A stretch of 64,000 bases of DNA from Eubacterium sp. GTDB lineage: Bacteria; Bacillota; Clostridia; Lachnospirales; Lachnospiraceae. A program made the position numbers and the translations under genes. The notes below the pieces were generated by a model, which was not told the DNA's origin, did no database searches, and saw only the letters and a program-made list of their open reading frames with translations. Where the stretch lies: contig JAXDTV010000061.1 in NCBI GenBank assembly GCA_034089785.1, positions 593 to 64,592 on the forward strand, written 5' to 3'. This document shows, piece after piece, positions 52,898-60,499 of this stretch; position 1 is the stretch's first letter; each line of letters starts with the position of its first letter.

Positions 52898-54238
52898 TCA
52901 ACTCCGGCGCCTGGATAACATAACGGCGTCAGCAAGAACGGCCTGTTCGCCATTGACAAAACGCAGGATCAAAGAGTAGGTTCCGCTGTGGACCTCGGAC
53001 AGAGGAACGGCAACGGTGTAAGCTTCGGTTACTTCCGGTGTTTCTTTGTCGATATACGCTGAAAAATCCATCTGGAAAATAGCATCAAATTTGGTAAGCA
53101 GAATTTCCTGAATGATCTGCTGATGCATTGTCACTGACAGCGTGTCTCCCAGTAGTGTGATGCGGACACCATAATCTGTATAAAGAGCGTCTTTGGTGAT
53201 GGAGTCAGTGGTCTGGCTGGAGGCACCTTTGTGAAGTTTCGGACCAGTAAGCCAGCCCAGAGTAAGATACGTGTCGGGTGCCTGGTTAAACCGTTCACAG
53301 AATTCATCCAGTGTCAGATCTTTCAGCCTGTCAGCCATTTCCTCCAGAGTAAACAAAGGAATGCCTTCCGGAGCCACAGGAAAGTCAGCAAGAATCTTAG
53401 GAACTTCGCCGGTGGCTGCATTCATTTCCAGAATCGAATCTTCCTCCCGCAGAGCATGTTCGTGGCTCTGGATGTAAAAGACTTTCTCAGCCGGGGCATA
53501 ACTTAATTTGTCAATGCCGCTTCCAACGTAATAGGTACTGTAAGTAAAACCATAGAGGTCTACCACATGAAAATGGGTCGGTGCCTTGGAAAGGTAATTT
53601 GGCGTCATATAGACATTTTCCACAACGGCAAGAAACCCGTCAGAAAGGTCTGCTGTCTGATCCATAGAGGCAGGCAGATCCAGATAATAGCGGATGTCGC
53701 CGGCACGGTCTTTGACAGCCAGATAATGCAGAACATCATCCTGGTACAGATCATAAGGAAGGGATCCTGTGGTAACAATGATCTCTCTGGAAGCAGTTTC
53801 TGTCTCTGTTTCATCCAGAAGGGACACGGTGATCCGGTTCGCCTCCCCGGCATACAGTCCGAAAACCGGAACAACATGGACGGTGGTTTCTTCTGTCAAA
53901 GTACGGGAAAAAGAGTTTTCCTCCTGGTGGCCGTGAACTGTATAAGATACATGGCACGGCGTCTCACTGTGAAATACGATTAGCGCAAACAAAGGAGCTC
54001 GTCCAAAAGGATTCAAAAGAACTTTAGGATTGTCCAGTGTCAGGGAAAGATCCGGCAGATACGCACGCAAATCCATATATCCCTTTCTTGCCTGTTCCGT
54101 ATAAGGAATGTTTGTTTCAAAAATACTTTCTACAGACTGGTTCAGTCTAAGGCGGTTTAAACTCATAAAATCAATCTTAAGTGGGGACAGATGTGCGCTG
54201 GCCCATGACTTAAGTTTTGATGTCATAGTTTCAATCAT
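52898..54238 (-). CDS. Arylsulfotransferase N-terminal-domain protein lacking the recognisable catalytic propeller motifs (ASST paralog, function unknown)
   Basis: TTGGAGA lies 6 nt before the ATG at 54238. LNPFGRAPLFALIVFHSETPCHVSYTVHG...VHVVPVFGLYAGEANRITVSLLDE aligns with VNPYGEAPLTALVLFETKKACRIRVTVIG...KHRVPVLGLYPKRKNPVRIELLDE of the 60500-62506 protein. I could not find the downstream W.H.NS / QQHS / FDNHW motifs. Confidence 0.7.
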   Translation of the reverse strand: MIETMTSKLKSWASAHLSPLKIDFMSLNRLRLNQSVESIFETNIPYTEQARKGYMDLRAYLPDLSLTLDNPKVLLNPFGRAPLFALIVFHSETPCHVSYTVHGHQEENSFSRTLTEETTVHVVPVFGLYAGEANRITVSLLDETETETASREIIVTTGSLPYDLYQDDVLHYLAVKDRAGDIRYYLDLPASMDQTADLSDGFLAVVENVYMTPNYLSKAPTHFHVVDLYGFTYSTYYVGSGIDKLSYAPAEKVFYIQSHEHALREEDSILEMNAATGEVPKILADFPVAPEGIPLFTLEEMADRLKDLTLDEFCERFNQAPDTYLTLGWLTGPKLHKGASSQTTDSITKDALYTDYGVRITLLGDTLSVTMHQQIIQEILLTKFDAIFQMDFSAYIDKETPEVTEAYTVAVPLSEVHSGTYSLILRFVNGEQAVLADAVMLSRRRS

Positions 54239-54433
54239 ACATAATCTCCAATCTTTATATAGTTTTTTATTCATATATCCGTTCAAAATCGGATTTGTTG
54301 ATTCGTTCTTAGCACAACAACTCAACCATATTATAATACCAAAACTGTGATAAATCCATGTTTTTTCTAATATTTATCATTTTATTGACAAAAAAATAGA
54401 CCATTTTTTGCGGTAAATAATAGGAAACAAGTT

Positions 54434-55750
54434 ATGATCTGGAGGATGAAAAGGTTGAAAAAGTTGAAAACATTGATTTTTTCTATGATAAAAGTGGGAT
54501 GTATGGGATTTGGGGGAGGCAATGCGCTGATCCCTGTCATTGAAGAAGAGGCGGTAAAAGACAAAAAACTGGTGTCCTGTCAGGAGTATGACCGGACCAT
54601 TCTGGCAGCCACCCTGACACCGGGGGCACTGCCGGTGGAGCTGGCGGCGGGGATCGGCTATGCATCCTGTGGAAAGAAAGGAATGGTAGCGGGAAGTGTG
54701 GCTATGGCACTGCCGGGAGCGTTGCTTACCATGCTTTTGCTTACGCTGATGGGACAGGCAGGAGAGGGAGTGCTGGAGCAGATCCAGTATGCATCGGTAG
54801 GAGTCACCGCTGTGATCATGTGCCTTTTGACCCAGTATATTCTGGAAACCATCAAGGGCTGCTACAATAAAGAAAAGAAGTGTCTGGCTCTTGTCAGTAT
54901 CCTGATTGTGTTCGCTTTGACAGGAGCAAAGACGGTGGCAAAAATAGCCGGATACAGTGGTGATCTGGTGCCTCGTTTTTCCACCATACAGATCCTTGTA
55001 CTGGCCATGGCGGGAAGTGCTGTGTACTCCTTGAAACGGAAAAAACCTAGAAAAAGTACGAGAAGGAAGCAAGGTCCGGCTAAAAGTATACTGGAAACAC
55101 TGGGCGTCTGGGTGGCGTTTGTGCTGGTGTTGTGGATCCCCGGCATGTATCTCTTTGGCAGCGACAGTGTGTGGTTTGGTCTGAAAGGCATTGTCTCTTC
55201 CCTTCTTTCTTTTGGCGGGGGAGATGCGTATCTGACCATTGCGGACGGAATGTTTGTACCGGATTACATAAGTACCAATGAGTTTTATAACCACCTGGTA
55301 CTGCTTGTAAATATATTGCCGGGATCCATTCTGTGCAAAACCATGACAGGAATCGGCTTTTTCTTCGGAAGCCAGCTGGGAGGTATGACAGGAGGAATCA
55401 GTCTGGCGCTTCTTGGATTTGGAGCCAGTGTGGCAGCTTCCGGCGGTGTGTTCCAGGTGATGTATCTGCTGGGAGACTGGCTTTCAGGAAAACGCATTTT
55501 TTATATTATCAAAAAAACACTGCGAATCGTGGTATCAGGTTTGCTGCTTACGGTAATGGCGTCTCTTATCTTTTCCAGTATGGAAATGAATGCCAATGAG
55601 GCCCTTCCACGGTGCACGGTTCTTTTGCTTACTTTGGGGATTTACGGTGTAAATCTCATCCTGCATCTTTGCTTCCGGTGCAGGACAAAGGTCCTTCTTT
55701 TTGTTTCTCTTTTGCTTTCTATGGGATTTTGTAATATACTAGGGGTATGA
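54434..55750 (+). CDS. CHR (chromate ion transporter) family protein, two-domain form
   Basis: 438-aa polytopic protein. One CHR signature is near the N-terminus (KVGCMGFGGGNALIPVIEEE) and a second lies in the C-terminal half (SFGGGDAYLTIADGMFV). Confidence 0.85.
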   Translation: MIWRMKRLKKLKTLIFSMIKVGCMGFGGGNALIPVIEEEAVKDKKLVSCQEYDRTILAATLTPGALPVELAAGIGYASCGKKGMVAGSVAMALPGALLTMLLLTLMGQAGEGVLEQIQYASVGVTAVIMCLLTQYILETIKGCYNKEKKCLALVSILIVFALTGAKTVAKIAGYSGDLVPRFSTIQILVLAMAGSAVYSLKRKKPRKSTRRKQGPAKSILETLGVWVAFVLVLWIPGMYLFGSDSVWFGLKGIVSSLLSFGGGDAYLTIADGMFVPDYISTNEFYNHLVLLVNILPGSILCKTMTGIGFFFGSQLGGMTGGISLALLGFGASVAASGGVFQVMYLLGDWLSGKRIFYIIKKTLRIVVSGLLLTVMASLIFSSMEMNANEALPRCTVLLLTLGIYGVNLILHLCFRCRTKVLLFVSLLLSMGFCNILGV

Positions 55751-55773
55751 CAAAAAGATGAGAGGTTAAAAAA

Positions 55774-56328
55774 ATGCATATCTGGAAACATTTTTCCACT
55801 ATTACGAGACATAGACACAAAGTGATCGTTCACTGCGCCAAAGCAGGAATTTTCTGGCAGGGGCTCAGGCACGATCTGTCCAAATATTCGCCTACGGAGT
55901 TTATCGCAGGGGCCAAGAACTATCTGGGGGACAAAAGCCCCAACGAAAAAGAGCGGGAGAGGTATGGCTTTTCCAGAGCCTGGCTGCATCACCAGGGACG
56001 GAACAAACACCATTTTGAGTACTGGGTGGATTACAGTCAGGAGTTAAACCGGAAAGAGCCCATAGAGATGCCTACCAAGTATCTGATCGAAATGTTCTGC
56101 GACCGGGTGGCGGCAAGTAAAATATATTATGGCAAGGATTATGACCAGGCCAAGCCGTTTGAATACTTTGATAAAGGACGGAAGCGCCGGTGGATGCATC
56201 CGGAGACATCCCGCAAATTAGAGGAACTCCTTGTGATGCTGCGGGACAAAGGGGAAGACGAGACTTTTTATTATATCAAGCATGTGGTAAAGGTGCAGGG
56301 AAAGAAGGACAAGGCTCATTGGAAGTAA
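55774..56328 (+). CDS. DUF5662-like protein (His/Asp-rich, possible metal-dependent hydrolase fold)
   Basis: 184-aa soluble ORF: WKHFSTITRHRHKVIVHCAKAGIFWQGLRHDLSKYSPTEF...AWLHHQGRNKHHFEYW. I recall this pattern from DUF5662 proteins, which are sometimes mislabelled as catalase. Confidence 0.7.
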   Translation: MHIWKHFSTITRHRHKVIVHCAKAGIFWQGLRHDLSKYSPTEFIAGAKNYLGDKSPNEKERERYGFSRAWLHHQGRNKHHFEYWVDYSQELNRKEPIEMPTKYLIEMFCDRVAASKIYYGKDYDQAKPFEYFDKGRKRRWMHPETSRKLEELLVMLRDKGEDETFYYIKHVVKVQGKKDKAHWK

Positions 56329-57677
56329 CGGATTTTAGCAAAGGCAGTGTAAAGAAAAATATAGTACGGCTGGCTGTGCCTATGACTCTGGCACAGCTTA
56401 TTAATGTGCTGTACAACATTGTGGACCGGATCTACATCGGCCGGCTGGAGCAGGGCAATGCCCTAGAACTCACAGGTCTGGGCGTATGTCTTCCGGTCAT
56501 TTCTATCATCATTGCATTTGCCAATCTGATCGGCATGGGTGGAGCCCCTCTTTTTTCCATACAGCGGGGGAAAAAGGATGACGAGGAAGCTGCCGGGATT
56601 CTGGGCAACTGCTTTATCATGCTCTTGTTATGCGGTGTTTTCCTGATGATGGTGATTCTGGCTGTCAAAAAGCCGGTGTTGTATTTGCTGGGGGCCAGTG
56701 ACCAGACTTATCTGTATGCGGACCAGTACCTGACCATCTATCTGTTTGGAACGGTGTTTGTGATGCTGAGTCTGGGACTAAATCAGTTTATCAGTGCCCA
56801 AGGATTTGGCACCACAGGAATGCTTACCATCGTCATCGGGGCAGGACTTAATATTGTGCTGGATCCTGTTTTTATTTACGGACTTCATATGGGAGTGCAG
56901 GGAGCCGCTGTGGCTACAGTGATCTCCCAGTTTGTTTCGGCGGTCTGGACCCTTCGTTTTCTTCTGGGAAAAAAGGCGGTGGTCCGGCTGCAGAAAAACT
57001 ATATGCCCCTGCAGAGAAAACGGATAGGCCGCATACTGGGACTGGGAGCCAGCAGTTTTACCATGGGAGTGACGAATTCCCTGGTGCAGATGGTATGTAA
57101 CGCCACCCTACAGACCATGGGCGGTGATATTTATGTGGGAGTTATGACCATTATCAATTCCATCCGGGAGGTGGCGCAGATGCCGGTGTCGGGCATCAGT
57201 GCAGGAGCACAGCCGGTTATGGGATATAATTATGGTGCAGGCAGATTTGACAGAGTAAAGGAAAGTATCCATTTTATGACTCTTACTTTGTTTGGTTATA
57301 CGGCCCTTGCCTGGGGCGTGATCTTTTTGTTCCCAAAATTCTTTTTGGGGATCTTTAGTACCGATGCATCGGTTATCAGTGCCGGTGTAAAATGTCTGCA
57401 TATTTATTTCTTTGGATTTTTTATGATGGCGCTGCAGTTTACCGGCCAGACAACGTTTACCGGCCTGGGATTGAGCCGCAGAGCGATCTTTTTTTCTATT
57501 TTCCGCAAGGTGATCATCGTGGTGCCTCTGACCCTGATCCTGCCCCATGTGGCAGGCCTTGGCGTCATGGGAGTTTTTCTGGCGGAACCAATCTCTAATT
57601 TCATTGGCGGCAGTGCCTGTTACGCTGTCATGTATTTTACTGTCCTCAAAAATGTCGAATTTGAAACAAAAAAATGA
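56319..57677 (+). CDS. MATE family efflux transporter
   Basis: The conserved MATE N-terminus DFSKGSVKKNIVRLAVPMTLAQLINVLYNIVDRIYIG requires a start upstream of it. The in-frame TTG at 56319, after GAAGGACAAGG, overlaps the DUF5662 stop by 10 nt. The protein has 12 TMs. Confidence 0.9.
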   Translation: MEVTDFSKGSVKKNIVRLAVPMTLAQLINVLYNIVDRIYIGRLEQGNALELTGLGVCLPVISIIIAFANLIGMGGAPLFSIQRGKKDDEEAAGILGNCFIMLLLCGVFLMMVILAVKKPVLYLLGASDQTYLYADQYLTIYLFGTVFVMLSLGLNQFISAQGFGTTGMLTIVIGAGLNIVLDPVFIYGLHMGVQGAAVATVISQFVSAVWTLRFLLGKKAVVRLQKNYMPLQRKRIGRILGLGASSFTMGVTNSLVQMVCNATLQTMGGDIYVGVMTIINSIREVAQMPVSGISAGAQPVMGYNYGAGRFDRVKESIHFMTLTLFGYTALAWGVIFLFPKFFLGIFSTDASVISAGVKCLHIYFFGFFMMALQFTGQTTFTGLGLSRRAIFFSIFRKVIIVVPLTLILPHVAGLGVMGVFLAEPISNFIGGSACYAVMYFTVLKNVEFETKK

Positions 57678-57746
57678 CAAAAACTCTTCGTATTCTTTCT
57701 ACAACGGCACGAGAAAGTGCCTTGTAAGAAAGGATGGTAAGAGAAA

Positions 57747-58628
57747 ATGGATCATTTGGACCTGTTGGAAAACAAAAGTGTTCACATATTAAGAGAAGCG
57801 TATAGTCAGTTAGGAAATCTATGCATGCTGTGGTCGATCGGAAAAGACTCAACGGTTCTTTTATGGCTGGCAAGGAAGGCTTTTTTTGGTCATGTACCCA
57901 TTCCTCTTGTGCATATAGATACTCATTTTAAAATCCCGGAGATGATTGAATACAGAGACCGTCTGGCAGCAGAATGGAATCTGGATATGATTTATGGAGA
58001 AAATACAGAGGCTTTGTCCTGCCATGCTACCTTCCCGGAAGGAAATGCGTCACATATTGACTGCTGTATGAAGTTAAAGACAGAAGCCCTGACCAATACA
58101 TTGAATGCGAAATGGCCGAGATATCGTTTTAACCATGAAAAGGGCATTTACGAAAAGGATACTCACTGTGAACCCTATACCGGCGTGATCGTAGGAGCCA
58201 GAGCGGATGAGGAAGGAAGCCGTTCCAAGGAGCGGTATTTTTCCCCGAGAGATAAGAACAACGACTGGGATGTAGGAGACCAGCCGCCGGAGTTCTGGAA
58301 TCAGTATAAGACGGACTGGGCACCAGGCACTCATGTGCGTGTGCATCCTCTCCTTGACTGGACGGAGTTAGATGTGTGGGAATACATTGAGAGGGAGAAT
58401 ATTCCGGTAGTTCCTTTGTACTTTGACCAGGGAAACGGAACACGCTATCGTTCTCTGGGATGCGGTCCTTGTACAACACCGGTACAGTCAACGGCTAAAA
58501 ATGTCCATGAAGTGATCGAAGAATTGAAAACCGGCAAATTTGCAAACATTGCAGAGCGCTCCGGCCGCGCCCAGGACAAAGAAGGCGGCGGTGGTTTGGA
58601 AGAACTTCGGCGAAACGGTTATATGTAA
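57747..58628 (+). CDS. cysD: Sulfate adenylyltransferase subunit 2
   Basis: PAPS-reductase-like ATP-PPase fold ([12 protein letters not shown]). CysD C-terminus [11 protein letters not shown]...[10 protein letters not shown]. Confidence 0.95.
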   Translation: MDHLDLLENKSVHILREAYSQLGNLCMLWSIGKDSTVLLWLARKAFFGHVPIPLVHIDTHFKIPEMIEYRDRLAAEWNLDMIYGENTEALSCHATFPEGNASHIDCCMKLKTEALTNTLNAKWPRYRFNHEKGIYEKDTHCEPYTGVIVGARADEEGSRSKERYFSPRDKNNDWDVGDQPPEFWNQYKTDWAPGTHVRVHPLLDWTELDVWEYIERENIPVVPLYFDQGNGTRYRSLGCGPCTTPVQSTAKNVHEVIEELKTGKFANIAERSGRAQDKEGGGGLEELRRNGYM

Positions 58629-58646
58629 GGAGGTCTGGCTGACAAG

Positions 58647-60494
58647 ATGAAAAAAGAAGATATGAACATAGTAATTGTAGGACATGTGGATCACGGAAAA
58701 AGTACTTTGATGGGAAGACTTCTGGCAGATACAGATTCTCTGCCGGAGGGCAAGTTAGAGCAGGTAAAAGAGACTTGCCGGCGCAACGCCAAACCTTTTG
58801 AATATGCCTTTTTGCTGGATGCTTTGAAAGATGAGCAGGCTCAGGGGATTACCATTGATACGGCGCGTTGTTTTTTTAAGACGGAAAAAAGAGATTACAT
58901 TATTCTGGATGCACCGGGACATATTGAGTTTTTGAAAAATATGATCACAGGAGCTTCCAGAGCTGAGGCCGCACTTTTGATGATCGACGCCAAAGAGGGT
59001 GTTCAGGAGAATTCCAGACGCCACGCATATATGCTTTCTATGCTGGGAATCCACCAGATCGCCGTCGTTATCAACAAGATGGACCTGGTGGATTACAGCC
59101 AGGATGTGTATGAAAAAGTAAAGAACGAATATCTGGAGTTTCTGAAACAGATCCAGATTGAACCGAAATTTGTTCTCCCGGTCAGCTCTTTTATGGGAGA
59201 AAATATTGTGAAAAAAAGTGACAAAATGCCATGGTACCAGGGAGACTGTGTGCTGGAGGTACTGGATCATTTTGAGTGTGAAAAGCCTCATGAACACCAG
59301 GCCTTTCGTATGCCGGTACAGGATGTGTACAAGTTTACCGGCAACGGAGATGACCGGCGTATCGTGGCAGGTACGGTAGAGACCGGCAAAATCCGTCCCG
59401 GGGATGAGGTTGTCTTTTATCCATCCGGAAAACGAAGCCATGTAAAAAATATTGAGGTGTTCCACGCCGAAACGCCAAAAGAGGCAGTGCCGGGAATGGC
59501 TACAGGATTTACCCTGGAAGAGCAGATTTATATTAAACGAGGCGAACTGATGTGTATTGCAGGGCAGCAGGAGCCGAAAAAGGGAACTCGGATCCAGGCT
59601 AATCTGTTCTGGCTTGGCAGAGAAAATCTGGTAACAGGCAAATCCTACCTGTTGAAAATTGGCAGTGAAAAGGTGCGGATGGAAGTGGAGTCCATCCTTC
59701 GGGTCATTGATTCCTCTAACCTGAATTCCCAGGAGACAAAAGACTATGTAGGCAAAAATGAAGTGGCCCAGTGTGTGTTGAAAACAGACCGGCCTATTGC
59801 CTATGATGTGGTAAAAGATAATGCCGGTACCAGCCGGTTTGTCATTGTAGATGATTATGAGATCGCCGGCGGCGGTATCGTTACAGACCAGCTTCCGGAA
59901 ACACCGGCAAAGAATGAAAATGTTGTATGGCACGATGGCAAGGTTTCAAAACAGGAAACCCAGGCGGTGTTAGGACAGTCCGGACTGGTAGTCTGGTTTA
60001 CAGGGCTGTCGGGAGCCGGTAAATCTACGATTGCCGTGGAAGTTGAGAAGCAATTGATAGAGAGAAAGAGGGCATGCTACCGTCTGGACGGAGATAATCT
60101 GCGGTTTGGCATTAACTCGGACCTTGGTTTTACCGATGAGGACCGGCAGGAGAATGTGCGTCGTATCGCTGAGGTGGCGGCACTGTTCCAGGACGCAGGC
60201 ATGATCACCCTGGTATCCTGCATTTCACCATTCAGGGAAAAACGACAGTTTGCCAGAGAGCGGGTGCCGGAAGGCCGGTTTTTGGAAGTCTATGTAAAAG
60301 CAGATATCAACACCTGTATGGAGCGTGATCCGAAGGGATTGTACAAAAAGCAAATCCAGAATTTTACCGGAAAAGATTCTGCTTACGAAGAACCACACAA
60401 TCCGGAACTGGTGCTGGATACCGTAAATAAGACAGTAGAGGAATGTGCAGCAGAGGTATTAGACCAGATCCTATTATATGTAAGGGAGGAATAG
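58647..60494 (+). CDS. cysNC: Bifunctional sulfate adenylyltransferase subunit 1 (GTPase) / adenylyl-sulfate kinase
   Basis: N-terminal EF-Tu-like GTPase ([18 protein letters not shown]) fused to a C-terminal APS kinase ([22 protein letters not shown]). Confidence 0.95.
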   Translation: MKKEDMNIVIVGHVDHGKSTLMGRLLADTDSLPEGKLEQVKETCRRNAKPFEYAFLLDALKDEQAQGITIDTARCFFKTEKRDYIILDAPGHIEFLKNMITGASRAEAALLMIDAKEGVQENSRRHAYMLSMLGIHQIAVVINKMDLVDYSQDVYEKVKNEYLEFLKQIQIEPKFVLPVSSFMGENIVKKSDKMPWYQGDCVLEVLDHFECEKPHEHQAFRMPVQDVYKFTGNGDDRRIVAGTVETGKIRPGDEVVFYPSGKRSHVKNIEVFHAETPKEAVPGMATGFTLEEQIYIKRGELMCIAGQQEPKKGTRIQANLFWLGRENLVTGKSYLLKIGSEKVRMEVESILRVIDSSNLNSQETKDYVGKNEVAQCVLKTDRPIAYDVVKDNAGTSRFVIVDDYEIAGGGIVTDQLPETPAKNENVVWHDGKVSKQETQAVLGQSGLVVWFTGLSGAGKSTIAVEVEKQLIERKRACYRLDGDNLRFGINSDLGFTDEDRQENVRRIAEVAALFQDAGMITLVSCISPFREKRQFARERVPEGRFLEVYVKADINTCMERDPKGLYKKQIQNFTGKDSAYEEPHNPELVLDTVNKTVEECAAEVLDQILLYVREE

Positions 60495-60499
60495 TGTCC

